From: an uncultured Thermococci archaeon
GTDB lineage: Archaea; Methanobacteriota_B; Thermococci; Thermococcales; Thermococcaceae
Direction: 5' to 3'
Length of the DNA: 34,474 nt
Assembly (NCBI GenBank): GCA_964487115.1
Contig: CAZAPD010000057.1
Coordinates: forward strand, 1-34,474
In this document: in pieces, positions 20,177 through 31,541 of the stretch
How positions within the stretch are numbered: the stretch's first letter is position 1
How the letters are laid out: every line of letters starts with the position of its first letter
Notes under the pieces: generated by a model
Database searches by the model: none
Told to the model about the DNA's origin: nothing
What the model saw: the letters and a program-made list of their open reading frames with translations, nothing else
Made by a program: the position numbers and the translations under genes

Positions 20177-21376
20177 GTGAGTGACATAAATGAAATCGAC
20201 TTCAAATCATCAAATGAATATGACGATTACATCACCTATTTAAAGAGGAGAATTAGACAGCTTGAACTCCAAGTGAGAACTCTCGAAGCTGATAAGGAGA
20301 GACTTGAGAGAGAACTCTCAAGATTAAGAATGGAAATGTCAAGAATGAGGCAACCACCAAACTTTGCTGGGACTTTGCTGGAGCTTCTCGATGAGGATAG
20401 AGCAATAGTGCAGAACTTTAATGGACCAAGATTCGTTGTCAGAATTGCCCCTTGGATAGAAAGAGAAAAACTTAAGCCGGGATCAAGGGTTGCCCTCGAC
20501 CAAAGAACAATGGCCGTTATTGAACTACTCCCAAGTCAGAAAGATCCGAGTGTTTTAGGATTTGAAGTTATCGAGAGACCCCAAGTAACTTACAAAGATA
20601 TTGGGGGATTAAAAGAGCAACTGAAAGAACTTAGAGAGGCTGTTGAACTTCCATTGAAGCATCCAGACCTCTTTGAAAAAGTGGGAATTGAGCCTCCAAA
20701 AGGAGTTTTGCTTTATGGTCCTCCGGGATGTGGAAAGACTCTCATGGCAAAAGCCCTTGCAAATGAAGTCAATGCAACTTTTATTCGAGTGATAGGTAGC
20801 GAGTTAGTTAGAAAGTATATTGGAGAAGGAGCTCGTTTGGTCAGCGAGCTATTTGATCTTGCAAAGGAAAAAGCCCCAACTATAATATTCATAGATGAAA
20901 TAGATGCAATTGGTGCAAAAAGACTTGATGAAACTACTGGCGGTGAAAGAGAAGTAAACAGAACATTAATGCAGCTGTTAGCAGAAATGGATGGTTTCGA
21001 TGCGCGGGGTAATGTAAAGATAATAGCTGCAACCAACAGGCCAGATATCCTTGATCCTGCCTTGCTTAGACCTGGAAGGTTTGATAGATTGATAGAAGTT
21101 CCTCTGCCAGATTTCAGCGGAAGGCTTGAGATTCTTAAAGTACATACCAGAAAAATGAATCTTAAAGAAGTTGACCTAAAGGCAATTGCAGAGATGACGG
21201 ATGGAGCAAGTGGCGCTGATTTAAAGGCAATTGTAACAGAAGCCGGTATGTTTGCAATTAGAGCGAGAAGGGAGTATGTAACCCAAGAAGACTTTATTAA
21301 GGCCATAGATAAGGTTCTTGGATCAGAACAAAAGCTTGCTCAACAGATAGCAATGCATGAGGTTATGTACGGCTGA
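20177..21376 (+). CDS. pan: Proteasome-activating nucleotidase
   Basis: Coiled coil, OB domain, [14 protein letters not shown], second region of homology, C-terminal HbYX (MYG). Confidence 0.98.
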   Translation: MSDINEIDFKSSNEYDDYITYLKRRIRQLELQVRTLEADKERLERELSRLRMEMSRMRQPPNFAGTLLELLDEDRAIVQNFNGPRFVVRIAPWIEREKLKPGSRVALDQRTMAVIELLPSQKDPSVLGFEVIERPQVTYKDIGGLKEQLKELREAVELPLKHPDLFEKVGIEPPKGVLLYGPPGCGKTLMAKALANEVNATFIRVIGSELVRKYIGEGARLVSELFDLAKEKAPTIIFIDEIDAIGAKRLDETTGGEREVNRTLMQLLAEMDGFDARGNVKIIAATNRPDILDPALLRPGRFDRLIEVPLPDFSGRLEILKVHTRKMNLKEVDLKAIAEMTDGASGADLKAIVTEAGMFAIRARREYVTQEDFIKAIDKVLGSEQKLAQQIAMHEVMYG

Positions 21377-21481
21377 ATTCATCTTTATCTTCTATTTTCA
21401 AACCCAAAATATGGATCGTAAATATTTAAGGGCCCTTAACCGCATTATTTAAAAAGTAGAAATGTAGTATTGACGAGAAAA

Positions 21482-22402
21482 ATGGTGAGCAAACTTATAG
21501 CACTCGAAGTTTATAGACATCTGAGAGATTTAGACTTTCGTATTCTCAGAGGAGTAGAGTTGAATATGCGTCACCATCGGTGGGTGCCTCTGGAAGATAT
21601 AGCACATTTTGCCAGAACAGATGTAGAAACTACCTCTCACCGTCTTGGAAAGTTAGATAACTGGGAACTCGTGAGGAGGAAGAGTGATATAGGATATATC
21701 GGCTATCAGCTCACAATTCACGGTTACGACGCCTTGGCTATAAGAGCTTTCTCAAAGAAAGGAATAATTGAAGCTATAAGTACAACCCAGATAGGAGTTG
21801 GTAAAGAAGCTGATGTATATATTGCTATAACACCACAGGGTGAAAGAGTTGCCCTCAAATTTAACCGCATTGGAAGAACAAGCTTTACAAGAATAAAACT
21901 CTATCGTAGGGATTTCATGAATAAACGGCATATAAGCTGGCTTTATATATCACGTTTGGTCGCCCAGAGAGAGTATGAAGCCTTGCAACTTCTCTCGCCA
22001 ATAGCTAAGGTTCCAAGGCCAATAGGATGGAACAGGCATGCAATAGTCATGGAGTTTATAAATGGTGTTGAGCTCGCAGATTTGAAAGACAGGGACTTAA
22101 GTCAGAATGAAGCTGAGGAAATCCTCGATAACGTTCTTGATGAGTACCTAAAAATAGTGGAATTTGGGATTGTTCATTCTGATATGAGCGAATTTAATAT
22201 AGTTCTCACTGAAGATTGCGACATCTTGATAATAGACTGGCCACAATATCTTCCAACAGCTCATCCTGAGAGTTTAGAATACCTAAAACGAGATATTTCT
22301 GTTCTGTTGAATTCTTTTAGAAAAAGATGGAAAGTTGAGAAAGATTTTAATGAAGTTTGGAATAAATTTTATAAAGCATGGGCAAAGAGCAGAGGCGATT
22401 AA
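21482..22402 (+). CDS. rio2: Rio2 kinase
   Basis: N-terminal wHTH, IGVGKEADV, VHSDMSEFNI, IDWPQ. Confidence 0.95.
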   Translation: MVSKLIALEVYRHLRDLDFRILRGVELNMRHHRWVPLEDIAHFARTDVETTSHRLGKLDNWELVRRKSDIGYIGYQLTIHGYDALAIRAFSKKGIIEAISTTQIGVGKEADVYIAITPQGERVALKFNRIGRTSFTRIKLYRRDFMNKRHISWLYISRLVAQREYEALQLLSPIAKVPRPIGWNRHAIVMEFINGVELADLKDRDLSQNEAEEILDNVLDEYLKIVEFGIVHSDMSEFNIVLTEDCDILIIDWPQYLPTAHPESLEYLKRDISVLLNSFRKRWKVEKDFNEVWNKFYKAWAKSRGD

Positions 22403-22403
22403 T

Positions 22404-22901
22404 ATGGGAATCAAATATGTGCCATATAACAGGCAGGAAAAAATCATAAAACTATTCAAGGAGGCCATAAAACTGGAAAATATGAGAAAACTCGATAAGG
22501 CCAAAAAGAAACTTGATGAGATTTTAGATCTCGCAAAAGATCAGTATCCAGAGTTTTACTTTGAGGCATGTTTCAGGCTGGGAGACATTCTCCTCCAAGA
22601 GGACAACTACCGAGGAGCTATAAAATGTGCAATGAGAGCAATGAGGAAGGTTCCCAGCGAGGAGCTTTACCTCCTCGGAGCTGAGCGAATCAAAGCGATA
22701 ATAAGGATAACAAAGGAAAACAACAGGATACATGAATTCAGCAAGAACTTTGGGATAACCTTGGCTCTTGTAAAGGATAATCCAGAGCTATATGCATTTC
22801 TAACAGCTCTTATAGAAATTGCCAGAGGAGAACAAAAAGAGATACCTGAGGAAATTAAAACAGAAAAGCTTAGAGAGGCTTTAGGAATCCTCCTCGATTA
22901 A
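22404..22901 (+). CDS. TPR-like conserved hypothetical protein
   Basis: Helical repeats; starts 1 nt after the rio2 stop. Confidence 0.7.
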   Translation: MGIKYVPYNRQEKIIKLFKEAIKLENMRKLDKAKKKLDEILDLAKDQYPEFYFEACFRLGDILLQEDNYRGAIKCAMRAMRKVPSEELYLLGAERIKAIIRITKENNRIHEFSKNFGITLALVKDNPELYAFLTALIEIARGEQKEIPEEIKTEKLREALGILLD

Positions 22902-23837
22902 CCTCAGGACACCAGACACATAAACCCTCCCCGGCTTAAATGGGAAGTTGTATGGCTCTTTCTTTGGTCTCTCATTATAATAAGGCCTGTTACAACCCGG
23001 ACAGCCGTAAGTTCTGAATGCTTCATCCTTTAATATCCTCTCAAGTTGGTCTTTTTTCAAGCCAAAAGAAAGGAGAGCACCATTTTCACCAAACTTAATA
23101 TCCTCGAATCGTACAATCTCGTTCCTTATTAAATAGAGAGCTATCTGGATTTTCCGATAGCGCTCCAGAGTTGGGGGTTCAGCATTCTCAAGCCGAGTTC
23201 CCCTAATAGGCGTGAATGCAAATATAGAAACTTCAGCACCTATGTCATAGGCTCTCTGGATTGTTTCAACAACTTCTTGATCGCTCTCTCCAAGACCAAT
23301 TATGAGATGCACAAACGCCTTTCCATCTCCAAAAACTTCAATGGATTCTTCTGTAAATCTCCACATATCATCCCACGAATAGAGGGAATCCTTAATTTTG
23401 GGGTAGAGTCTTTCACTGGCCACATCAAGCCCGATTCCAATATAATCCACTCCCAATTCTTGGAACCTCTTAAGAACAGACTTTTCAACTGGTGTTATTG
23501 AGACTGAAACTGGAAGCCCTAAGGGCCGAAAAGCCTCAAGAATACTCAAAACATCCCTAACTAAATCAGGGTAATCAATCGTTTGAAGACATATACGAGC
23601 AAATCCTCTGTGCCCCAGCTTTTCTGTTACCGTTTCAAGCTCAAACACTGGCCAGGTAATTCGTGAAAGCTTTTTTAAGTCTGCTCTGCTTTCCCGTGCT
23701 TGAGGACAAAAAGCACAGTTATTCCTGCACCTCCCATTATGATATGTCATGAGATAGGCAGTGGTAGGTCTTGCCAGCATTTTAGCATTTATGAGCCCCA
23801 TTGATATTGCAGTTCCGTAGGAAACCCTAATTCTCAT
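22881..23837 (-). CDS. lipS2: Archaeal lipoyl synthase subunit LipS2 (biotin-synthase-like radical SAM)
   Basis: CRNNCAFC radical SAM motif plus C-terminal TYGCPGCNRP, matching the LipS2 TxGCPxC(N/D)RP signature. Confidence 0.82.
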   Translation of the reverse strand: MRIRVSYGTAISMGLINAKMLARPTTAYLMTYHNGRCRNNCAFCPQARESRADLKKLSRITWPVFELETVTEKLGHRGFARICLQTIDYPDLVRDVLSILEAFRPLGLPVSVSITPVEKSVLKRFQELGVDYIGIGLDVASERLYPKIKDSLYSWDDMWRFTEESIEVFGDGKAFVHLIIGLGESDQEVVETIQRAYDIGAEVSIFAFTPIRGTRLENAEPPTLERYRKIQIALYLIRNEIVRFEDIKFGENGALLSFGLKKDQLERILKDEAFRTYGCPGCNRPYYNERPKKEPYNFPFKPGRVYVSGVLRLIEEDS

Positions 23838-23852
23838 GATGGAATCTTCGTG

Positions 23853-25013
23853 TTAAGCTTTCTTAACTTTTGCTATGAGAGTTATCATTAAAGCAAGCCC
23901 CACTATAACCGGCAATAATGGAAAAATAACCCTATAATCCCCCTCAAGCTGGATATAGTATCCTAAAATGACAGGGCCAGCCATAAAGCCCACATCAAAG
24001 AACATTGTATATATGCCAGCTCCAAAGTTTCTGACGCTCGCCGGAAGCCCTCCAAGAGCTAAAAGCTGGAGAGCCGGCACAACAAAGCCCAAACCTAATC
24101 CCAGAAGAAAGGCACTGATATAAGCCCAAGGTGGAAGCAAGAAAAAGTTGAGGAACAGATAAGCTGAGCTTATTGCAATGAAACCAACAGAGGCTATCAA
24201 TGCTGCTCCCCTTTTGTCAGCTTCCCTTCCCCCAAGGATTCTGGTTAATATACTGAAACCCCCTACAATACTTAGGTATACCCCAAATGCTGAAGTCCCA
24301 AAACCTGTTTCCTTATAGACTGCTGGCAGGAACGTTAAAAAGCTACTATATGCCAAGGCATTCAATAAAAGAGCTATTGACGCCGCCACAAAGCTCAGAA
24401 CCAATAAAGACTTCCATCTTGGAGCAGTTTTTTTATCTCTATGTATCCTTACCCGTTCCTTTTCCTTTTTATAGACATAAACCACTAAAAAGATTGATAT
24501 AGAAGAAAACAGAACAGTGAGCCCAAATGCCACTGTAAATCCCAACAGATCGGCTATAAAGCTTCCAAAAGCAGGACCAAAAAGCTGACTAATCCCAAAC
24601 ATTGTACTTCGCCATCCAAGGGTCTCCCCTACTCTGCCGGGAGGAGCCAGATCAACCGCAAGCGTTAAGGAGGGTGGAAAAAACAGAGCCATTCCCAGGC
24701 CATGAATTCCTCTGCCAACTGCAAAGAGAAGCAAATTACCCGTAAAAGACGATAGAATATATACGATACCAGCAATGATAGCCAGAAAAGAACCTACCAT
24801 CATAAGCTCAAACTTAAAGCCTTTATCCCCGATTAATCCGGATATGGGTTTAAAAAGTAGTGAAACTGCTGATGATACCGAAGCTAAGGTCCCAATAACA
24901 ACAGGAGGGGCTCCTAAAATTATTGCGAACGGAGAAATAATTGGATTCAAGGAGACCATTCCCATAAAGAAGAAAAATACTGCAAAATGCAGGAGCCAAA
25001 CATCCCTCTCCAT
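23853..25013 (-). CDS. MFS transporter
   Basis: About 12 TM helices; motif A GLIGDKG; GRGIHG. Confidence 0.9.
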   Translation of the reverse strand: MERDVWLLHFAVFFFFMGMVSLNPIISPFAIILGAPPVVIGTLASVSSAVSLLFKPISGLIGDKGFKFELMMVGSFLAIIAGIVYILSSFTGNLLLFAVGRGIHGLGMALFFPPSLTLAVDLAPPGRVGETLGWRSTMFGISQLFGPAFGSFIADLLGFTVAFGLTVLFSSISIFLVVYVYKKEKERVRIHRDKKTAPRWKSLLVLSFVAASIALLLNALAYSSFLTFLPAVYKETGFGTSAFGVYLSIVGGFSILTRILGGREADKRGAALIASVGFIAISSAYLFLNFFLLPPWAYISAFLLGLGLGFVVPALQLLALGGLPASVRNFGAGIYTMFFDVGFMAGPVILGYYIQLEGDYRVIFPLLPVIVGLALMITLIAKVKKA

Positions 25014-25931
25014 TCAGATCCCCACATAGGGCTCCTTCATGCCATCTTTAATATATGCCACGCTCATGTGCTTCGTGTTCTTGGAAAAACCGATATTCCC
25101 ATCTTTATCTATCATTATGAGACCCGCCACCCCATTTCCAAAATATTCGGTTGCTATACTTATAGCTGCTGTAGCTGCTTCTGGGGCTTTGAGACCAAAA
25201 CGCACAAAATCAGCCGCGGTCTTAGCTAAGACAAGCTTTATCATGACCTCTCCGATACCTGTTGCTGAGACACCTGCAAATTCATTTGCATACGTCCCAG
25301 CCCCAATAAGCGGAGTATCTCCTATTCTCCCAAACATTTTGAGAAAAACTCCTCCAGTGGAAGTCCCAGCTACTATATCCTCCCCATCAAATGCAACAGC
25401 TCCCACAGTGCTTCTCAATACCTCAGGATATTCCCTAATCAGAGCAGTAAGTTTTTTCCAATGCTTCGCTTCTCCTGTTTCAAGGAGTTTGTTTCTCAGT
25501 TCTTGCCATTGCCTTATTCTTTCCTCGGTTATCGGATTATATTTCCTAAATCCCATCAATCGAGCAAATTTAAGGGCCCCTTCACCACCAAGGAGGACAT
25601 GATCGGTTTTTTCCATGACCTTCCTTGCAACGCTTATTGGGTTTTTAACTCCCCATATCGCGGCAACTGCCCCGGCTTCAAGGTTGGAACGCATTATGGC
25701 AGCATCCATTTCAACCTTTCCATCAATGGTTAAAACGGACCCTGTTCCGGCATTGAATATGGGGTTATCCTCAAGAACTTTTACAGCTTCCTCAACAGCA
25801 TCAAGTGCTGAACCTCCCCCAAGTTCTTTCCATCCTGCTAAAACTGCCTCTTTAACACCATTCAAAACCTTTGGAATACGTTCATCTTTTTTTATTGTAC
25901 CTGCACCGCCGTGAACTATAATCGCCACCAC
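25014..25931 (-). CDS. Isoaspartyl peptidase / plant-type L-asparaginase
   Basis: IIVHGGAG, FNAGTGS, STVGAVA (nucleophile Thr), TSTGG, GRIGD, ATGIGE. Confidence 0.95.
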   Translation of the reverse strand: MVAIIVHGGAGTIKKDERIPKVLNGVKEAVLAGWKELGGGSALDAVEEAVKVLEDNPIFNAGTGSVLTIDGKVEMDAAIMRSNLEAGAVAAIWGVKNPISVARKVMEKTDHVLLGGEGALKFARLMGFRKYNPITEERIRQWQELRNKLLETGEAKHWKKLTALIREYPEVLRSTVGAVAFDGEDIVAGTSTGGVFLKMFGRIGDTPLIGAGTYANEFAGVSATGIGEVMIKLVLAKTAADFVRFGLKAPEAATAAISIATEYFGNGVAGLIMIDKDGNIGFSKNTKHMSVAYIKDGMKEPYVGI

Positions 25932-25996
25932 GAAAAATCACCAGAGATACTGTACCTCGAATGGTTAAAAGAGTTATGGAAACGGGGAGATATGAA

Positions 25997-26911
25997 TCAG
26001 CTCAGTGCCATGTTTATTATCGTCTCTCCAATGTTTTCCAAGTATTCGAGTATCCTGCGATAGCTCTCCATGGCTATAGATTGCCTATAATCTATGCCTT
26101 TAATCTTATCTTTTAACTCAAGCATCAGACTATCTATCTTCAGCAAATCCCTCCTTTCGATCTGCTCCATCATCCCGCTAAACTTCTCTTTGAGATAAGC
26201 AATATCTATACTGTCTGGATTCTCGGCTATTCTAATTAGGTGATCGCCAATCCTCTCTATATTGCGCACTATGAAGAGTATTCCCAGAAGATCAAAAGTT
26301 CTTTTGATTATGCCGCTCTCCTCACTTAATGCCCTTTTCGTTAGAAGTCTATTCACAGCCCTTATTATCAGAAAATAGAACCTATCAAGTTCGTTTTCTA
26401 AGTCATTAATATCTTTTAGTATCTCCTCTCTATTAGGAGAAGAAACCAAAAGTTCCAAATCACCAAGCATCGAGATTATCAGTGATCGAATTCTATTTAA
26501 AATCTCAGCGAGATTAACCTCCTCCTCAGCTAAAAGGCTTTTAGCAACAATTCTCTGAGGTTCATCGAGGATTATCTCGACTCCCGGCAGGCTTTGAAGT
26601 ATTTTCCTTAATTTAACTTTATACTGCGGCATTTCACTTACAAAGTGTATTTCAAGAACATCATAACCCTGAATATAAGCTGATATTGCCAAGCGAACTG
26701 CCATATCCGGAGAATATTCTGTGGAAATTTCCAAAATCTTTTTCTCAGAGATTTCTCTGGGTTCTTTTGGGAATATTGTTACAGACCCATCAGGATTTAT
26801 TACGAGCGGAACAATGTCACCCTGTTTTAGACCATGACTTTTTATCCATTTTTTTGGTAGAGAAATTATGTATGAGCTCCTGCCAGTAAATTGTATCTTC
26901 CGAAACTCCAT
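25997..26911 (-). CDS. AbrB-PhoU phosphate uptake regulator
   Basis: RKIQFTGRSSYIISLPKKW AbrB domain; ENELD and ERIGD PhoU motifs. Confidence 0.9.
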   Translation of the reverse strand: MEFRKIQFTGRSSYIISLPKKWIKSHGLKQGDIVPLVINPDGSVTIFPKEPREISEKKILEISTEYSPDMAVRLAISAYIQGYDVLEIHFVSEMPQYKVKLRKILQSLPGVEIILDEPQRIVAKSLLAEEEVNLAEILNRIRSLIISMLGDLELLVSSPNREEILKDINDLENELDRFYFLIIRAVNRLLTKRALSEESGIIKRTFDLLGILFIVRNIERIGDHLIRIAENPDSIDIAYLKEKFSGMMEQIERRDLLKIDSLMLELKDKIKGIDYRQSIAMESYRRILEYLENIGETIINMALS

Positions 26912-26987
26912 AGATATCACCTCAGCTATATAGAGAATTCCAAAAGAGTATATAAGGCTTTTCTTATAGAGATAAAGAAAAAAGATC

Positions 26988-27572
26988 TCATCCCTTAGTT
27001 AGTTCAATTCCCCTTTCCAGAGCCTTAAAATTAACATCCCAGAGTTTTTCTCTCAACGTCTCCTTTATACCTTCGTAAAGACTTTCCTTTTTAAGAGGTA
27101 TCAATCCTCTTCTAAAGGCATAGCCGAGCATGATAACACCAAGGGTTCTTGGGTTTATCCTATCTGCCTCGTGCTGGAAGTCCATCATGTGCACGGGGCA
27201 GATTCTGCTAAGGGCTTCCTCAATTTCTCGCAGCTCAGGGTACTTCTCCTTGCCAACGAGGGTCGTGGCAGTGTGTATAGGGTAGGCGTTCACCACTGCA
27301 ACGCTGTTTTTACCCAAGAAACGAGCGTTCCTTAAAGCCTCGGCCGGCTCAAGAGCGAGCATGAGATTTGCTTTGCCCTCCTCGATGAGGGGGGAATAAA
27401 CCTCTTCGCCAAAGCGGAGGTAGCTGAGAACGCTTCCGTAGCGCTGGCTCATCCCAAGGGTTTCACCTATCCTGACGTTGTAGCCCTCGTGCATTGCCGC
27501 ATTCCCGACTATGCGCGAGAGCGTTAAACCGCCCTGACCGCCGACTCCGGTGATTATGAGGTTGAACTCCAT
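26988..27572 (-). CDS. iorB: Indolepyruvate:ferredoxin oxidoreductase beta subunit (stand-alone)
   Basis: GVGGQG, ETLGMSQRYGSV, LEPAEALR. Confidence 0.93.
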   Translation of the reverse strand: MEFNLIITGVGGQGGLTLSRIVGNAAMHEGYNVRIGETLGMSQRYGSVLSYLRFGEEVYSPLIEEGKANLMLALEPAEALRNARFLGKNSVAVVNAYPIHTATTLVGKEKYPELREIEEALSRICPVHMMDFQHEADRINPRTLGVIMLGYAFRRGLIPLKKESLYEGIKETLREKLWDVNFKALERGIELTKG

Positions 27573-27613
27573 TTCACTCACCGAAAGCTATAGCATTTTG
27601 ACATTTTTAAAGA

Positions 27614-28846
27614 TTAAGCCTGCCAGAGAGCATTACCCCTAACGTATGTCGCTACAACATTCCTCTCATCTCCTAAAATCATGAGCTTAGAAAGGAGTTC
27701 ATCCATGTTATCATTGATAGACGCCAATGGTTCTGGATTCAGTACAACAAAATCCGCCTCCTTTCCAACTTCAAAGCTACCTATTCTGTCTTCCATCCCA
27801 AGGACTTTTGCTCCACCCATCGTCAGGAGATAGAAAGCTTTTCTAGGCGTCATTGCATTGGCATAATACGCATCCCTGAGAACTTTGAGCATTGAAAGGA
27901 AGGGTCCCGCAGCAACATCAGAACCTAATGAGATTTTTAACCCAAATTCTTCCTGTTTCCTTAAATCCATCACTCCACTGTGAAGGAAAAAGTTTGAAGA
28001 TGGGCAGTGTGCTATTTTCGTTCCTCTTTTTGCAAGGAGCCTCCTCTCATAATCGCTGAGGTGAATAGCATGCGCTACAATCGTTTTTTCACTCAAAAGA
28101 CCCGATCTATCATAGACCTCAGTATAAGTCAATATATCTGGAAAAAGTTCTTTAACAACTTCAATTTCTCCAATCTGCTCAGACAGATGAGTTTGAATAT
28201 ACAAGTCCAATTCTTTTGCGATTTGAGCTGCTTTCTCCATTAACCCCATTGTGCAACTAACAGCAAAGCGTGGCGTTACAGCATAGAACAGCCTGCCATC
28301 AAACCCATGCCATCTGGAAGCAACTCCGTGGATGTCTTTTATAGCCTTTTCCGGGGTTGTCAATAGCTCCTCCGGAGCATTTCGATCCATTAGAACCTGC
28401 CCAATAACTGCTCTAATCCCACTTTTCTCTGCTTCCTGAAATGCTATCTCAGTTGCTTCTTTATGGGATGAGGAATAAACAACAGCAAATGTCGTTCCAT
28501 TTCTCAAAAGTTCAGCAAAGAATTCTTTTGAGGTTTTTCTTGCAAATTCTGGATCAGAGAACTTCGTCTCGGCAGGAAAAATGTATTTTTCAAGCCAATC
28601 AAGTAGGGAGCTATTTATTTTAGCCCTCTGATAAAACTGAGGAAGATGAAGATGAGTATCTACAAATCCCGGAAGAATTAGATAATCCGAATAATCAACA
28701 ACTTCTCCTTTTTTTATTCTTATTGGAGTTTCGTTTGAAAGCTCTAAAATCCTTCCATCACCCTGTACAATCATGTATCTGTATTCATTTACCGTGGAAG
28801 GACTTTTAAAGCTGAGAATTCTACCCTTATAAATCCTAATCGTCAT
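27614..28846 (-). CDS. guaD: Guanine deaminase
   Basis: PGFVDTHLHLPQ, LLDWLEKYIFPAE, TPRFAVSC, QTHLSE, HCPSSN, GSDVAAG. Confidence 0.9.
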   Translation of the reverse strand: MTIRIYKGRILSFKSPSTVNEYRYMIVQGDGRILELSNETPIRIKKGEVVDYSDYLILPGFVDTHLHLPQFYQRAKINSSLLDWLEKYIFPAETKFSDPEFARKTSKEFFAELLRNGTTFAVVYSSSHKEATEIAFQEAEKSGIRAVIGQVLMDRNAPEELLTTPEKAIKDIHGVASRWHGFDGRLFYAVTPRFAVSCTMGLMEKAAQIAKELDLYIQTHLSEQIGEIEVVKELFPDILTYTEVYDRSGLLSEKTIVAHAIHLSDYERRLLAKRGTKIAHCPSSNFFLHSGVMDLRKQEEFGLKISLGSDVAAGPFLSMLKVLRDAYYANAMTPRKAFYLLTMGGAKVLGMEDRIGSFEVGKEADFVVLNPEPLASINDNMDELLSKLMILGDERNVVATYVRGNALWQA

Positions 28847-28897
28847 GGGGAGCACCTAAAATAATATGAGAAAATCCTATTTAAGATTTCTCAAGAA

Positions 28898-30478
28898 TCA
28901 GGCTTTCCTGCGAAGCCGCCTTATCACAAATTCTCTATCAAGAGCACCGAGGAACGATGCCAGTCTTGGCCCTCTGTCTTTACCTATGAACAGTCTGTAG
29001 AGAATTCTGAACCACTCTCTACTTGCTATTTTCCTCTTCTTCGCAGCTTCAAATAAGATGTTGTTAAATTCATCGATGGCAAAACTTTCCCTGTTTTCAA
29101 GCCAGCTCGCAACTTCCTCAAGGGCATCCTCGATTTCAGGCTTGAGTTCAAGCTTAGGAACTCTTTCAAGAAGTGAGAATTTAACATTCTCCGGTGCATA
29201 TTTCTTCACCCAGTTTTCGGCCAAATGAATGCGCAGTTTTATTCTCCCAATATCCCCATCGGTGAGTTCCTCAGGAACATGTCCCTGCTTCCTGAGAACC
29301 TCAATTATACCAGCTTCATCAAGATGAGGCATCTGCACAAGGGTTACAAGGAATCTAAAGGGTGCTTGAGCAATGAGTCTCTCAGGAATTTTAGGCATTG
29401 AAAGTTCGTAAGTTCTCTTCAGCTCTTCCTCTTCCTCAGGATTTTTGGCACTTTCAAAACCAAAATATATCCTCTCGACCCTGTCGAACTCGTCATAGAG
29501 ATTAAGCAGTCCAAAGCCGAGATCAATCTTCAGCTCCTTATTGGGTCTGTGGCTGGCATAAAGGAACCTCACAAGTCCCGGCTCCATAACCTCGTAAAGA
29601 TCGCTCAAAAGTATGACATTACCCTTCGACCCGCTCATCTTACCCCTCTGTCCTTTTATTCCCACAAATTCATACATCAAGTCTATAGGTGCGGACCATT
29701 GAAATATCCTTTCCACTATAACCCTTCCAGTATCATAAGAGCTTCCTGCCGCTAAGTGATCCTTGCCGGCAGGTTCAAAATCGACTCTAAAGTGTGCCCA
29801 ACGCATCGGCCAGTCAACACGCCAGCGCAACTTTACGTTACCCTCCCGGATGTCAGTCTCACCCTCAGAGCCACAATGAGGACATCTGTATTTTATCTTC
29901 CATTCTCCATCCCACTCGACAAAATCTGCCTCTTTCCGGCATTTGGGACAGTATATTTGAACAGGTTGCCAGTTCTCTTCGAGATGGGGTTGCTTTGCCC
30001 TGTCACGAAACTCATCAAGAATGGCTTTTATCTCGTCCCGTTTCTCAAGCGCCCTCCTAACCTCCGCTGCATATTCCCCTTTTCTGTAGAGCTCTCGTGC
30101 ATGGAGGAAATCAACTTCAATACCGAGTTTTTCAACCTCGCTCTCAAAAAGACTCATGAAGTGATCGCCGTAGCTATTATGACAGCCCCACGGGTCAGGA
30201 ACCTCTCCAACAGGCATTGTGAGGTACTCTTTCCATTCAGCTGGAACGTTCTTCGGAACCTTCCTAAATCTGTCATAGTCATCCCACATATGGATGTGAC
30301 GCACCTTCTTCCCTCTATCTCTCAAGGCATGTCCAACTATATAGGCTGTGAAGACCTCACGGAAATTTCCTATATGGACGTAACCGCTGGGCGTTATTCC
30401 GCTTTCCACGACATACTCATCCTTATCTCCCCGCTCTCTGATAATTTTTTCAGCAACATAATCAGCCCAATGAACCAT
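28898..30478 (-). CDS. lysS: Class I lysyl-tRNA synthetase
   Basis: [32 protein letters not shown]. Confidence 0.98.
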   Translation of the reverse strand: MVHWADYVAEKIIRERGDKDEYVVESGITPSGYVHIGNFREVFTAYIVGHALRDRGKKVRHIHMWDDYDRFRKVPKNVPAEWKEYLTMPVGEVPDPWGCHNSYGDHFMSLFESEVEKLGIEVDFLHARELYRKGEYAAEVRRALEKRDEIKAILDEFRDRAKQPHLEENWQPVQIYCPKCRKEADFVEWDGEWKIKYRCPHCGSEGETDIREGNVKLRWRVDWPMRWAHFRVDFEPAGKDHLAAGSSYDTGRVIVERIFQWSAPIDLMYEFVGIKGQRGKMSGSKGNVILLSDLYEVMEPGLVRFLYASHRPNKELKIDLGFGLLNLYDEFDRVERIYFGFESAKNPEEEEELKRTYELSMPKIPERLIAQAPFRFLVTLVQMPHLDEAGIIEVLRKQGHVPEELTDGDIGRIKLRIHLAENWVKKYAPENVKFSLLERVPKLELKPEIEDALEEVASWLENRESFAIDEFNNILFEAAKKRKIASREWFRILYRLFIGKDRGPRLASFLGALDREFVIRRLRRKA

Positions 30479-30601
30479 AACTCACCCTCCAGCATCTAAT
30501 TTACAGCATGCTTTTTAAACTTTGAGCAGCATAGAAAACTTTATAAAGTTGTAAATCTTAACTCTTATTAATTGTAATAATTAAACACTGGAGGTTATAA
30601 A

Positions 30602-31473
30602 ATGGAGTTGGAAATCGAAAGAATGCAGATTTTCTTCCCTGCATCATTGGAGATTCAGGAGGAGCTGCTAAAAGCGGGCTTTAAAGTGCCTTATGACCAA
30701 AAAAAGTTAAGACACATATTCCGGTTGTTTCAAGCTTTTCCGCCACCAAGAGAATAAAAAAGGAGCGACTTTTAAAAGCTTTAGATTTCAAAGAAAACGG
30801 GAAATATTACACACTACCAGAAGAAAAAGCAAGAATTCACATGCTCGTGAATGAAAAAGGCTTCGTAACCTTTAAAATTCAGCCCTATGAGTATCATCTT
30901 GAGGATCTGGGCTTCACTTCAGCTCCTCCAAGACTCTGGAATACATGGGCAACATTTTCACTGAATTTTGGCAGCTTTGATGCTATAATAAATGGGCTGA
31001 AAGAGTATGTGAAAGAAAAACCAATGGGTATATATCTTGCCTCGCAAAGTACTGGCAGAGAGATTGAAGTTTATGGATACAAAAGTAGGAGAGCCAAAAA
31101 TCTTGGAATTCCCGTTTTTGAATACAGTCTTGGAATGAAAAGCCTCACTCTTGCCGAGGAGTATTTTAAAGGAAAAGCCGTGGAGAACAGCGTTAATCCT
31201 GAAATACTACGTTATCTAAAACTCGGAGTCCGAAAAAGAAAGGAAACAAAGGCCGGTCTTAAAGTGGGGGTTGTATGGAACAAAGGAAAACCCACGAGAA
31301 TTAACCTCAGGCTCTCAACCACAGCGCCGAAAATCAAGATAATTGGACTCTATGGAGAACTGATTGGAAAGTCCAGAGGAGAGCTTAATACTCCCGCAGA
31401 GTGGTATTTTACGGTTCATTCCAATGATCTGTACTGGGTCCTGATGGAGGTTTATTCGAGTTTCGGCGGTTAA
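30602..31473 (+). pseudogene. Frameshifted gene of about 290 aa (pseudogene, recoded gene or sequence error)
   Basis: GGAGGT RBS and ATG 30602 give a 51-aa ORF ending at 30757; a -1 shift at the A7G run (30699-30706) joins it to the open frame containing the 30841..31473 ORF. Confidence 0.75.
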
Positions 31474-31541
31474 TTAAACGGACTAAGACATTGAGCGAAA
31501 GGCATATTAATGATTTTTCATTTCTAATTTCGGTGGGATGT

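Noticed and set aside
26925..26975. TATAGAGA repeats upstream of the PhoU-like regulator
   Set aside because: Short, AT-rich and overlapping the TATA region; cannot be separated from chance without orthologues.
26988..27572. iorB without an adjacent iorA
   Set aside because: A separately located second iorB is, to my knowledge, ordinary in Thermococcales.
29756..30499. Long antisense ORFs (this one, and 3330-3869, 9608-10174, 20713-21306, 25039-25602 and others)
   Set aside because: Shadow frames opposite well-identified genes, with no recognisable motifs.
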